Assembly (NCBI GenBank): GCA_964599565.1
Contig: CAZRFE010000004.1
Span: forward strand, 3,680-67,679
Reading direction: 5' to 3'
Origin: an uncultured Gammaproteobacteria bacterium
GTDB lineage: Bacteria > Pseudomonadota > Gammaproteobacteria > Natronospirales > JAJUFS01
DNA length: 64,000 bases
The position numbers and the translations under genes were made by a program. The notes beneath the pieces were generated by a model. That model was not told where the DNA came from. It worked only from the letters and a program-made list of their open reading frames with translations, and did no database searches. This document shows, piece by piece, positions 10,165 through 19,840 of the stretch (positions within the stretch are counted from its first letter, which is position 1; each line of letters begins with the position of its first letter).

Positions 10165-11003
10165 CCGCTCCGGCCGTCGCGCGCTTGCGCGGTGGTTTCT
10201 TCGCTGCCGCGCGGGATGTCGAAATCATTGAAGATGACGCCGACGAACTTCTCGCGCGGGAATGTCGCGACCGCTTCCAGCAGTTCGTCGCGCGTCGCCT
10301 CGCCGTAGCGCACGACGAGAATCACGTACTGGCACCAGTCCGCGAGGATGCGAGGGTCCGCGGATGCGCCCATCGCCGGCGCATCGACGATCACGTAGCG
10401 GTCCGGGTAGCGCCTGCGCGTCACATCGAGGAACGCCTTCATGCGGTGCGAGGTGAAGTATTCCGCGGGACGGTCGCGCCGCCGGCCGACCGGCACGGCG
10501 CGCAGCCGCGGAATGCCCGTGCTGTAGATGATGTCGCCGATGCCGACACCGGACGGATTCTCGAGAAGATCGGTAAGCCCGTGCTTCGCGCGTCCGCCGA
10601 GCAGGCCGTCGACGCTCGGCGCATCGCGGTTGCAGTCGACAAGCAGCGACGTGCGGCTTTCATCGAACGCAAGCGAGGCCGCAAGATTGCGCGCCACGAA
10701 GCTTGCACCGCTGCCGGGACGCATGCCCGTGACCATGGTGACGAAGTTCTGCGCGCTTGCCTGCTGCAGGAGCAGCGTGCGCAGCGTGCGGAACGACTGC
10801 ACGACCGAGGCATGCTCGGAGTTGTACTCGATGATCTGGTGACGGCCGCGCGTCTCGCGCGGCAGCGGCACCGGGTCGCTCATGCGCCGGATCATCAGCT
10901 CCGAACCCGGCTTCTTCAGTATTTCCTCTTCCGTCGCGCCGACGGCAGGTACATCCTGTCCGCCCTCGTGCGGTTCCAGCAGCGGTTTCATCTTGCTTGA
11001 CAT
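10161..11003 (-). CDS. BY-kinase/MinD-like P-loop protein of EPS chain-length machinery, with degenerate Walker A
   Basis: 280 aa. VTGMRPGSGASFVARNLAASLA (Walker A position), LLVDCN (A'), YVIVDAPAM (Walker B). No C-terminal Tyr cluster. Confidence 0.75.
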   Translation of the reverse strand: MSSKMKPLLEPHEGGQDVPAVGATEEEILKKPGSELMIRRMSDPVPLPRETRGRHQIIEYNSEHASVVQSFRTLRTLLLQQASAQNFVTMVTGMRPGSGASFVARNLAASLAFDESRTSLLVDCNRDAPSVDGLLGGRAKHGLTDLLENPSGVGIGDIIYSTGIPRLRAVPVGRRRDRPAEYFTSHRMKAFLDVTRRRYPDRYVIVDAPAMGASADPRILADWCQYVILVVRYGEATRDELLEAVATFPREKFVGVIFNDFDIPRGSEETTAQARDGRSG

Positions 11004-11055
11004 GCAATGCCTCGTTCGTTGTCCCGGCCGCGGAACGGCCTTTCCAGATCCGCGG

Positions 11056-12582
11056 TCAGATGAAATCGTTCATGCGCAGCGCCGCGACCAGCGCATAGCA
11101 GGCGATGAGCATCAGCCCGGCGGCGATGACGGTGCCGCGCACGCGGCGCTGCCGGTTGCGCGCGCGCTCGTCGTACAGCATGGGAACGGTCGCGAGCACG
11201 GGAATCTGCAGTTCGCGGGATATCGTCGAACCGCTGCGGATGCGATCGTCGAAGCGCACGCGGGCGTAGACGAGCGCAAATGCAAGGCCGATGCCGAGCA
11301 GCGGACCGAGCAGCGCGAAGTGCACGAAGCGTATGCCCGACGGCGACAGCGGCACGGTCGGCGGATCCTGGATCGACATCGTCAATCCCTCGCCGCCTTC
11401 ATCGAGGTTCACCGAGATGCGCGCACTTTCGCGGCGCTTGAGCAGGTCCTCGTAGATCTGCTTGGTGACTTCATACTCGCGCGTCAGTTCCGCGGCCTGC
11501 GCTTCGATGCCGCCGATCTCGACACCCTTGCCCTGCGCGGTATTGAGCCATTCCTCGTTGCGCGCGAGACGCTTCTCCAGTGCGGCGACCTGCGTGCGCG
11601 CCATCGACAGCTCGCCGCGCAGTTCCTGGTGCAGCGGGTTGAGCACGACGCTGTCGCTGAACGCCACGCCCGTGTTGCCGGATTCGCGGCGCTCGCCCGC
11701 CGCGCGCAGCTGGTCTTCCAGCGTCGCGATCTTGTGCTTGAGGCTGATGATGTCGGGATAGGTGTCGTGGTACTGCAGGCGCAATGTCGCAAGCTGCGAC
11801 TGCAGGTCGACGATCATGCTGCGCAGCTGGTCCTCCTGCGTGATCATCGCCGTCGTGGACGCCTCGCTCGAAAGCTGCGATTCCAGCGAGCGCACGCGCA
11901 CGCGCGCTTCTTCAAGGTCGAGCGCGGTGTTCTGCATGCTGCGCATCAGCTCGATCACCCGGTCGTCGATCATCTCGCCCGTGCCCGGCTTGACGTTGCC
12001 GTTGCTTGCGAAGAATTCGCGCAGCCGGGTCTCCGACTGCTCCAGCTTCCTGCGGTAGCGGTCGGCTTCGGCGGAGATGAACTTGTAGGCTTCCTGGCTT
12101 TCCCGGTACTTCGCGTCGCGCGTGTTGGAGATGAACAGGTTGGTGAGTTCCATCACCGTGCGAAACGCACGCTCCGCGATGACATCGCGAAAGGAAATCT
12201 CGATGAGATTGTCGCCGACGTTCATCACCTCGAGCCTGCCCTTCACCATCTCGATCAGCTGCTCGCGCTCGATCGGCGTCAGCGGCTCTTCCAGCCAGCC
12301 GGCGTTCTCGAGCGCTTCGTTCAGCACTTCGCGGCTGTGCAGCACCTCGAGCGCGAGATCCGCCTGGTCGCGCACGCTGGTCGGCACGGTCGCACCGCGC
12401 ATCAGCGGACCGATGACCTTCTGTTCCTCGACGAGAATCGTGGCGGAGGATTCGAACTTCTCCTTCCACAGCAGGCCGACGGCGAGCATGGCGAGACTCA
12501 CGAGCAGCACCGTGCTCGCGATGGATGCCATCCGGTAGCGGCTTTCCTTGATGATGATCTGTACCTGTTCGAGCAACGACAT
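11056..12582 (-). CDS. polysaccharide chain-length determinant (Wzz/GumC-type polysaccharide co-polymerase)
   Basis: 508 aa. N-terminal TM, a long coiled-coil periplasmic region and a C-terminal TM (LLGPLLGIGLAFALVY), which is the PCP topology. Confidence 0.8.
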   Translation of the reverse strand: MSLLEQVQIIIKESRYRMASIASTVLLVSLAMLAVGLLWKEKFESSATILVEEQKVIGPLMRGATVPTSVRDQADLALEVLHSREVLNEALENAGWLEEPLTPIEREQLIEMVKGRLEVMNVGDNLIEISFRDVIAERAFRTVMELTNLFISNTRDAKYRESQEAYKFISAEADRYRRKLEQSETRLREFFASNGNVKPGTGEMIDDRVIELMRSMQNTALDLEEARVRVRSLESQLSSEASTTAMITQEDQLRSMIVDLQSQLATLRLQYHDTYPDIISLKHKIATLEDQLRAAGERRESGNTGVAFSDSVVLNPLHQELRGELSMARTQVAALEKRLARNEEWLNTAQGKGVEIGGIEAQAAELTREYEVTKQIYEDLLKRRESARISVNLDEGGEGLTMSIQDPPTVPLSPSGIRFVHFALLGPLLGIGLAFALVYARVRFDDRIRSGSTISRELQIPVLATVPMLYDERARNRQRRVRGTVIAAGLMLIACYALVAALRMNDFI

Positions 12583-12624
12583 GCATGTCCCTCTGTGCGA
12601 TTACTTCGGTGCGGCGGCGGCGGA

Positions 12625-13242
12625 TCAGAGAATCCGCTCGGGAATGGCGATCACATCCCCAGGCTCCAGCGCGTAGTTCGTGGACAGGTCGCCCTCCTCC
12701 AGGATGTCGCCGAGATACACATCGATGGATTCGGTGTCTTCACCGACGCGCCGGTAGAGCACGGCGCGGTTCGCGGACGCGAAATCGGTCAGCCCGCCCG
12801 CTTCCAGCACCGCATCGAGCACGCTCATGCCCGGGCGGTACGGCAGGCTCATCTGCTGGCGCACCGCGCCGGTCACGCGCACGCGCGAAAGAAACTGGTG
12901 GCTGTTGAGTTCCTTGAGAATCACGACGACGTGCGGATCGCGGATGTACTGTGCCAGCGCGCGCTTTATGTTCGCGCTGACCTGCTGCGGCGTGAGTCCG
13001 CCGGCCTGCACATCGCCGAGCAGCGGCATGGATATGCGTCCGTCGGGACGGACGGGAACCGTCACCGACAGCTCGTCGTTCTGCCAGACGTTGACGCTGA
13101 TGACGTCATCGACACCGATGTGATACTCGTCGACATCCGCGGATGCCTGGTGCGCAAGCGTGCTTGCAACCGTGGACGGCGGCGGATTGCTCGCGCAGCC
13201 CGCGGCCAGCAGCAGCAACACGAGGACAGCGATTGATCTCAT
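12625..13242 (-). CDS. polysaccharide export lipoprotein (Wza/Poly_export family, short form)
   Basis: Lipobox MRSIAVLVLLLLAAGCAS. YHIGVDDVISVNVWQNDELS and SLBB-like GAVRQQMSLPYRPGMSVLDAVLEAGG. Start placed at the Met preceding the signal peptide. Confidence 0.8.
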   Translation of the reverse strand: MRSIAVLVLLLLAAGCASNPPPSTVASTLAHQASADVDEYHIGVDDVISVNVWQNDELSVTVPVRPDGRISMPLLGDVQAGGLTPQQVSANIKRALAQYIRDPHVVVILKELNSHQFLSRVRVTGAVRQQMSLPYRPGMSVLDAVLEAGGLTDFASANRAVLYRRVGEDTESIDVYLGDILEEGDLSTNYALEPGDVIAIPERIL

Positions 13243-13574
13243 TGAACGAGCCCCTGTTTCCTGATCCGAAAAGTGCACGCCGCTCCGGTCTGCGGCGTCG
13301 ATGGCGGCGGCGGTATCGCGTGAGTTCTTTCCCGGTTGTCTGGGTGTTTCTGCTTGCCTGCCGATGACCGCTAACGTTACCAGCGGCCCATGGGCGTGCC
13401 ATTGGGTAGATGACCCAACAAAGCGAAAGCTGCTCGGGACTATCCTGTAAGCGCAATTTTCCCCTCAGGTGCATCGTGATATGGACGCATCGGCCCGCGC
13501 GCCTATCATGGACATGAACGCGATGCGCGCGAGCTGCGCGCCGTCGCGCATGCATCCACGGGAAGCGAGCGTTC

Positions 13575-14258
13575 ATGACCGCAACCACCTATCAGCACTG
13601 TTATCGCGTACTGCGCGTGGCTGCGGATTGCAGCCCCGAGGAACTGCGGCTTGCGTATCGCCGCCGCGTGAGAAGCTGCCATCCCGATCGCATGCGCGAT
13701 GACGCCACGCGCGACGATGAATTCAAGGAAGTCGTGAAGGCATACCGCACGCTCGTTGCGTTCCTTCGCCGTCACGGCGAGCTGCCGCCGCCGTGGCTCG
13801 TCATGGCATCGGATGCGGCGACAGCGAATCGCGCGATCGACCGGCGGCGCACGAAAGCGCGCGCTGACGCGCATGCCGTCCTCGACGATTCGCGCATGCG
13901 ATCCGCCGGACGGCTGACGCGTTTCTATGCGGCGGTTGCAGGCGCGTTCGTGCTCGGTGTCGGGACAAGCGCGCTGTTCGGCCAGGCCGGCGAACGTTAC
14001 GACACGGGTGCGGCGAGCAACGGCGGTCAGCTTGTCATCGGCATGGATCCGCAGTCCGTCGTCGAACTGCACGGCGTGCCGAACTACACGAAAGGCTCGG
14101 TCTGGTTCTATGGCGATTCCGGCGTGATCTTCGAGCGCGGCTGCGTGATCGGCTGGGAAGACCGCTCGCCGTTCCCGCTTCGCGCGCTCGTCAGCATGAC
14201 CTATCTCTCGCGCGGCGCGACATTCGAACGCGACGGCTGCACGCCGTCCGCCAACTGA
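13575..14258 (+). CDS. membrane-anchored J-domain (DnaJ-like) protein with a BamE/SmpA-like C-terminal domain
   Basis: 227 aa. YRVLRV...LAYRRRVRSCHPDR (HPD motif). One predicted TM (FYAAVAGAFVLGVGTSALF). C-terminal VIGMDPQSVVELHGVPNYTKGSVWFYGDSGVIFERGCVIGWED. Confidence 0.75.
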   Translation: MTATTYQHCYRVLRVAADCSPEELRLAYRRRVRSCHPDRMRDDATRDDEFKEVVKAYRTLVAFLRRHGELPPPWLVMASDAATANRAIDRRRTKARADAHAVLDDSRMRSAGRLTRFYAAVAGAFVLGVGTSALFGQAGERYDTGAASNGGQLVIGMDPQSVVELHGVPNYTKGSVWFYGDSGVIFERGCVIGWEDRSPFPLRALVSMTYLSRGATFERDGCTPSAN

Positions 14259-14265
14259 CACCCCG

Positions 14266-15693
14266 TCAGCGCGCACCTTTCCCGAACAGCACCACCTCGA
14301 CCGTCTGCAGCAGGATCGTCAGGTCGAACGCAAGGCTGTGGTTCTTGATGTAATACAGGTCGAACTTCAGCTTCTCCTGCGCATCGCGCGTCGATGCGCC
14401 GTAGGGATAGCAAAGCTGCGCCCAGCCGGTGATGCCCGGGCGCATCGCATGGCGCTGTTCATACCAGGGAATCTGGCGCGCAAGATCGCGCACGAACTCC
14501 GGGCGTTCCGGCCGCGGACCGACGAGACTCATCTCCCCGCGCAGCACGTTGAACAGCTGCGGCAGTTCATCGAGACGGGACTTTCGCAGGAAGCGGCCGA
14601 CGCGCGTGACGCGGTCATCGTTGCTTCGCGCCCAGCGCGCGACGCCATCGCTCTCCGCGTCTTCGCGCATGCTGCGGAATTTCACCAGGCGAAACTCCCG
14701 GCCGTGCTTGCCGACGCGCACCTGGCGGAAGAGCACCTTCGCATGCCAACCATCCTCGACCATGATCGCGATCGCGCACGCCAGCATCACCGGTGCGGCG
14801 GGCAGGAGCACGAGACCTGCAACGCACAGATCGAACATGTGCTTGAGGTAACGCTTGAGTCCGCCGTCCGCGAAACCGTTCCGATACAGCCACCAGCTCG
14901 CATCCACGAGTTCAAGCGGAATCCGCCCGCACTCGCGCTCCACGAACGTTGCCGCCTGCGTCACGCGCACGCCGCGAAACCGGCAGGCCAGGAGATCGTC
15001 CACCGGCAGGCTTTCCTCGCGTTCATTGCACGCAATGACGATCTCGTCCACGTTGCGGCGCTGGCACAGCGCACGAAGGCCGGTGCGGCTGTGAAGCAGG
15101 TGCGCAGGATGAATGCCGTTGTCCGTGCGCTCGCCGAGCGGCAGGTAACCGACGATCTCGATGCCGCGACGATCCGAGCGACGCCGAAGCGTGTCGTGAA
15201 AGCAGCGCGCCGCGCTGCCTGCGCCAAGCACGAGAACGTTCCTGCGCAGCGCGGCGCTGTCGATCAGCACGCTCACGATCAGCCGCCACACGAGAAGCAG
15301 CGCGAAACCGAACGCAACGCTCATGCCGAGATGCCCGAACGGTGCGGGCGACGGTGCAAGCGCGGTCAGCATCCACAGCAGCGCAAGCGCGGCAGCCGCG
15401 CTGCACAGGTATTTCATGAGAAGCTGGAAGATCGAACGGCGCGAACGGATCACGTGCATGCCGAGCGCGTGCATCACCGCGATCATCGCAAGCCCGAACA
15501 CCAGCGCGTCCAGCGCGATCCACGGCGACAGGCCAAGTGCGGGCGCGGCGATGGTTTCGCCTTCCTCGACGACCGGCGCCGTACCAAGCGCAAGATGCGC
15601 GGCGAGCGCGAATATCAGCAGCTCCCCGGCGGCGAGCCAGCGCAGCGGCGACCAATGGATGCCGCGCGGTGCGCTGTTCGATTCCATCAGCAT
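14266..15693 (-). CDS. polyprenyl-phosphate glycosyl-1-phosphate transferase (WbaP/EpsB-type priming sugar transferase)
   Basis: Multi-TM N-terminus, a central NAD-binding-like region, and a C-terminal bacterial sugar transferase domain (KFRSMREDAE...DDRVTRVGRFLRKSRLDELPQLFNVLRGEMSLVGPRP). The start among Mets 15693/15687/15801 is uncertain. Confidence 0.85.
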   Translation of the reverse strand: MLMESNSAPRGIHWSPLRWLAAGELLIFALAAHLALGTAPVVEEGETIAAPALGLSPWIALDALVFGLAMIAVMHALGMHVIRSRRSIFQLLMKYLCSAAAALALLWMLTALAPSPAPFGHLGMSVAFGFALLLVWRLIVSVLIDSAALRRNVLVLGAGSAARCFHDTLRRRSDRRGIEIVGYLPLGERTDNGIHPAHLLHSRTGLRALCQRRNVDEIVIACNEREESLPVDDLLACRFRGVRVTQAATFVERECGRIPLELVDASWWLYRNGFADGGLKRYLKHMFDLCVAGLVLLPAAPVMLACAIAIMVEDGWHAKVLFRQVRVGKHGREFRLVKFRSMREDAESDGVARWARSNDDRVTRVGRFLRKSRLDELPQLFNVLRGEMSLVGPRPERPEFVRDLARQIPWYEQRHAMRPGITGWAQLCYPYGASTRDAQEKLKFDLYYIKNHSLAFDLTILLQTVEVVLFGKGAR

Positions 15694-15954
15694 GAGATCC
15701 CCTTTCCCGTTCATTGCAGCGGCGAATGCCGTTGCGCAAGCGTCAAATCTATCGGCTCGCATTCCGCACCGGTATAAAGCGCGTGCATGAGGGGAAGGCA
15801 CTCACGCGCATCGGTGCGTCGCACATTGCGCAACTTAAAGTGTTTCGCGGAATGGAAGACACCGGCGCTCGGCATAGATTTCGGCTCATGCCTGCCCGGT
15901 TCGATGCGCGCATCGCCCGGCAGATTCCGTTTTACCTTGCAACGGAGCAGGAAC

Positions 15955-17310
15955 ATGTCCGGATCCGCTTCTTTCATCCAGGCCTCCATCGCACAACAGA
16001 ACCGCGCCGCCGTCGTACCGCTGCCGGCGGCGCTTCCCGATCTCGATACCGCGCACATCGGTGTGGTCGGACTCGGCTACGTCGGCCTGCCGCTCGCCGC
16101 TGCGTTCGGCCGGCGCTTTCCAACGACGGGTTATGACATCAACCCCGCGCGCATCATGGAACTGGAGGGCGGCATCGACCGCACGCGCGAGATCAGCGGC
16201 GAGGAACTTGCCGGCAGCGAGAAGCTCGGTTTCTCAACTGAGGTCGGCAAGCTCGCGGAATGCAATGTCTACATCGTTTCCGTGCCGACGCCGGTCGACC
16301 GTCACAAGCGTCCCGACCTTCGTCCGCTGGAAGCGGCGTCACGCACCGTCGGCAGCGTGCTGAAGCGCGGCGATGTGGTGGTGTACGAATCCACCGTGTA
16401 TCCCGGTGCAACCGAGGAAGTCTGCGTACCGGTGCTCGAGGAAGTTTCCGAGCTTGTCTTCAACCGCGATTTCTACGTCGGCTACAGCCCGGAGCGCATC
16501 AATCCCGGCGATCATGCGCATCGCGTCGAGGACATCGTGAAGGTGACGTCCGGTTCGACGCCGGATGCCGCCGAGTTCGTGGACCGTCTCTACCGCAGCG
16601 TCATTGCCGCGGGCACGCACCGCACCGAAACCATCCGCGAGGCGGAAGCCGCGAAGGTCATCGAGAACACGCAGCGCGATGTGAACATCGCGCTCGTCAA
16701 CGAACTTGCCACGCTGTTCAACCGTCTCGGCATCGACACCGCCAACGTGCTCGCCGCAGCCGGCAGCAAGTGGAACTTCCTGCCGTTCCGGCCCGGGCTT
16801 GTCGGCGGTCACTGCATCGGCGTCGATCCCTACTACCTCACGCACAAGGCGAAGGAAGTCGGCTTTCTCCCGGAAGTGATTCTCTCGGGACGAAGGATCA
16901 ACGACGAGATGGGCAGCTACATCGCAAACCGCGTCGTGAAGCTCATGACGCAGCGGCGCATCCATGTCGTCGGCGCGCGCATTCTCGTGCTCGGCCTCAC
17001 CTTCAAGGAGAACTGTCCGGACATCCGCAACACGCGCGTCACGGACATCATCGATGAGTTCCGCAACTACCACGCGGATGTCGATGTGCACGATCCCTGG
17101 GTGCATCCCGACGATGCGGCCCGCCTTGATGGCGTGAAGCTCGTCGAACGGCCGGATGCGAACGCCTATGACGCGGTGATTCTCGCCGTCGCGCACCGCG
17201 AATTCGCGGAACTCTCGCGCGATGCGCTGCTTTCGCTGTGCAAGCCGGAGCACGTCATCTACGACGTGAAGAACGCGCTGCCACGCGACGTCGTCACCGA
17301 GCGCCTGTAA
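15955..17310 (+). CDS. nucleotide-sugar 6-dehydrogenase (TviB/WbpO/CapL-like)
   Basis: ATG at 15955 preceded by [26 protein letters not shown] Rossmann fold, catalytic region [12 protein letters not shown], ~451 aa. Confidence 0.85.
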   Translation: MSGSASFIQASIAQQNRAAVVPLPAALPDLDTAHIGVVGLGYVGLPLAAAFGRRFPTTGYDINPARIMELEGGIDRTREISGEELAGSEKLGFSTEVGKLAECNVYIVSVPTPVDRHKRPDLRPLEAASRTVGSVLKRGDVVVYESTVYPGATEEVCVPVLEEVSELVFNRDFYVGYSPERINPGDHAHRVEDIVKVTSGSTPDAAEFVDRLYRSVIAAGTHRTETIREAEAAKVIENTQRDVNIALVNELATLFNRLGIDTANVLAAAGSKWNFLPFRPGLVGGHCIGVDPYYLTHKAKEVGFLPEVILSGRRINDEMGSYIANRVVKLMTQRRIHVVGARILVLGLTFKENCPDIRNTRVTDIIDEFRNYHADVDVHDPWVHPDDAARLDGVKLVERPDANAYDAVILAVAHREFAELSRDALLSLCKPEHVIYDVKNALPRDVVTERL

Positions 17311-17326
17311 GGACGGGGAGGAAACC

Positions 17327-18400
17327 ATGCGTGTACTCGTAACCGGCACGGCCGGCTTCATCGGCTCCGCCGTCGCATTGCGCCTGCTTGCGCGCGGCGA
17401 CGAGGTGATCGGCATCGACAATCTCAACGATTACTACGATGTGCGCCTCAAGGAGTCGCGCCTCGAACGCGTGAAGGATCATGCCCGCTTCATCGACATC
17501 CGCGGCGACATCGCGGATCGCGACTGCGTGGACGCAGCATTTCGCCGCTACGCACCGCAGCGCGTGATCAACCTCGCCGCGCAGGCCGGTGTGCGCTATT
17601 CGCTCGAGAATCCGCGCGCGTACATCGAATCTAACATCGTCGGCTTCCAGAACATTCTCGAAGGCTGCCGGCACGGCGGCGTCGAGCACCTCGTGTACGC
17701 ATCCAGCAGTTCGGTGTACGGCGCGAACACCGCGATGCCCTTCTCCGTCAGCGACAACGTCGATCACCCGCTGAGCCTTTACGCTGCAACGAAGAAATCC
17801 AACGAGCTGATGGCGCATTGCTACAGCCATCTCTATGCGCTGCCGACGACGGGCCTGCGCTTCTTCACCGTCTACGGCCCCTGGGGGCGTCCCGACATGG
17901 CGCTGTTCCTGTTCACCGACCGCATCATGAAAGGCGAAGCCATTCCCGTCTTCAATGAAGGCCGGCACAGCCGCGACTTCACCTACATCGACGACATCGT
18001 CGAAGGCGTGGTCCGCACGCTGGATCGCGTGCCGGCGCCGGATGCCGCGTGGCGCGCGGATGAGCCAGACCCTGCGAGCAGTGCCGCGCCCTACCGCGTG
18101 TACAACATTGGCAGCAACAGTCCCGTGAAGCTGCTCGATTTCATCGACGTGCTGGAACGCAAGCTTGACCGGAAGGCGGAGAAGCATTTCCTGCCGATGC
18201 AGCCGGGCGACGTACCGGCGACATACGCGGACGTCGCGCAGCTTTTCGATGACGTCGGCTACCGGCCATCGACGCCGATCGATGTCGGTGTCGGAAAGTT
18301 CGTGGACTGGTACCGCGATTACTACCCGATGACGGACATGCGCAAACGGCCGGCATCGACAGCCGCCGCGATCCAGGCATCCGGCACGATGGGAGCATGA
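17327..18400 (+). CDS. NAD-dependent epimerase, UDP-glucuronate 4-epimerase-like
   Basis: [14 protein letters not shown]...[18 protein letters not shown]...YAATKKSNE (SDR YxxxK). About 25 aa C-terminal extension. Confidence 0.8.
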   Translation: MRVLVTGTAGFIGSAVALRLLARGDEVIGIDNLNDYYDVRLKESRLERVKDHARFIDIRGDIADRDCVDAAFRRYAPQRVINLAAQAGVRYSLENPRAYIESNIVGFQNILEGCRHGGVEHLVYASSSSVYGANTAMPFSVSDNVDHPLSLYAATKKSNELMAHCYSHLYALPTTGLRFFTVYGPWGRPDMALFLFTDRIMKGEAIPVFNEGRHSRDFTYIDDIVEGVVRTLDRVPAPDAAWRADEPDPASSAAPYRVYNIGSNSPVKLLDFIDVLERKLDRKAEKHFLPMQPGDVPATYADVAQLFDDVGYRPSTPIDVGVGKFVDWYRDYYPMTDMRKRPASTAAAIQASGTMGA

Positions 18401-18401
18401 C

Positions 18402-19214
18402 ATGGCAACCGCCGCGCAGTTCATCGCCAGGACCGCACCGCGCCAGTTCCCGGAGCCGGATGTGGATGCGCAGTTCGAAACCGCACTCGCATGGCTGCTG
18501 CCCGCGCCCATCGCACACCATGGCGGGCGCATCGATCGCCTGCAGCTGCCGTTGCACGCCGCGGAGGAAATGTTCGTGCGAGACGCCGTCGAACGCCGGC
18601 GCATGGAATTCACCGCGGGCAGAACCTGCGCACGCGCCGTGCTTGAGCAGCACGGCATCGCGGAATGCACGCTCGGCATGGGCCCGCGCCGCGAGCCGCT
18701 GTGGCCGGATGGCGTCGTCGGCAGCATCTCGCACGCGGCGGGCTATTGCGTCGCTGCTGCCTGCACGCGCACCCGCATGACGGGAATCGGCATCGACATC
18801 GAAGCCGCAACGCCGCTCTCCGAAACGCTGTTCGATCTCGTCTGCACGCCGCATGAATCGGCCTGGTGCCAGAAACAGCCGGAACGGCTCGCGGGCCTGC
18901 TCGCGAAGTTCCTCTTCAGCGCGAAGGAATCGGTCTTCAAATGTCTTTATCCCGTCTTCCGCGAAGAGCTCGAGTTCGCGGACGTGACGGTGGACATCGA
19001 TCTTCATGCAGGACGTTTCATCGCGCATGCATCGCGCGTTGCGCTCGGCATCGATACGGACATCGAACTTCACGGGCGTCTTGCCTGTACATCGTTCCTC
19101 GTGATGACATCTGCCCTCCTGCCCTGCGCGGACATCGCGCAGCCCACGGCCGAACCGTACGAGTTCCAGCAGGACATCGGCCGCGCACGGCCGTTCCAGC
19201 ACTGCTGGCACTGA
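18402..19214 (+). CDS. 4'-phosphopantetheinyl transferase (EntD/Sfp type)
   Basis: EFTAGRTCARAVL...PLWPDGVVGSISHAAGY...GIGIDIE...FSAKESVFK motifs. The ATG starts 1 nt after the epimerase stop (TGAcATG). Confidence 0.8.
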   Translation: MATAAQFIARTAPRQFPEPDVDAQFETALAWLLPAPIAHHGGRIDRLQLPLHAAEEMFVRDAVERRRMEFTAGRTCARAVLEQHGIAECTLGMGPRREPLWPDGVVGSISHAAGYCVAAACTRTRMTGIGIDIEAATPLSETLFDLVCTPHESAWCQKQPERLAGLLAKFLFSAKESVFKCLYPVFREELEFADVTVDIDLHAGRFIAHASRVALGIDTDIELHGRLACTSFLVMTSALLPCADIAQPTAEPYEFQQDIGRARPFQHCWH

Positions 19215-19228
19215 GGGGTTGCATGCAT

Positions 19229-19262
19229 GAAAAAACGAGGCCTTTCGGCCTCGTTTTTTTTT
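19229..19262. terminator. bidirectional rho-independent terminator between convergent units
   Basis: AAAAAA-CGAGGCC-TTTC-GGCCTCG-TTTTTTTTTT. A perfect 7-bp stem with an A-tract on one side and a T-tract on the other. Confidence 0.75.
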
Positions 19263-19265
19263 GGA

Positions 19266-19580
19266 TCAACGAGAGGCGCGATGCCCGCCGCGGTTCTCCG
19301 CGGCGGCATCGTCTTCATCGTCGTCGGGCGCCAGTTCCTGCCACGTTGCGGGAAAGCGATGCGTGTCGCCCGCTTCGTAGAGAAACAGGTTCATTTCACG
19401 TGCTGCCTTGCGCCCCGATGACGCAAGGCCGGCGAGCGCATTGAACCAGAGAATTCTCTCCTGCCCTTTTGCAGGAACGTCGGCGGTCATTTCGAAGATG
19501 GAATCAAGTGTGCCGAAGGTGGCGTCAGAGGCGAGAAAGAGATTGAAATCGACGGATGCGTTTACGCTTTTTCTGCTCAT
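19266..19580 (-). CDS. hypothetical 104-aa protein with an acidic C-terminus, downstream of the NRPS genes
   Basis: ORF with a GC3-rich second half and a terminator immediately downstream. I recognise no motif. A 260-bp lower-GC spacer separates it from the NRPS stop. Confidence 0.45.
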   Translation of the reverse strand: MSRKSVNASVDFNLFLASDATFGTLDSIFEMTADVPAKGQERILWFNALAGLASSGRKAAREMNLFLYEAGDTHRFPATWQELAPDDDEDDAAAENRGGHRASR

Positions 19581-19840
19581 GGTGATTTCCTTGTTCTGCT
19601 GCTAAGCGTGACAAATGGATGCCGGGACGTTTAGCAGTCGGTAAGGAGACCCGATGGACTTATTCCCCGAAGGTGTTTTATTCGTCCACGCCCGGCAGAG
19701 ACCGATTTCCTTATCGAGGCTGCTACACCCCGCCTCATTCCTGAGGCGAGCGAAGTCTAGGAACTCCACTTCCGGCACAATATCGGGAAATCACGGAATT
19801 GGCATGAACAACGGCGCGGTCCATGCGCCGGAAGCGACCG

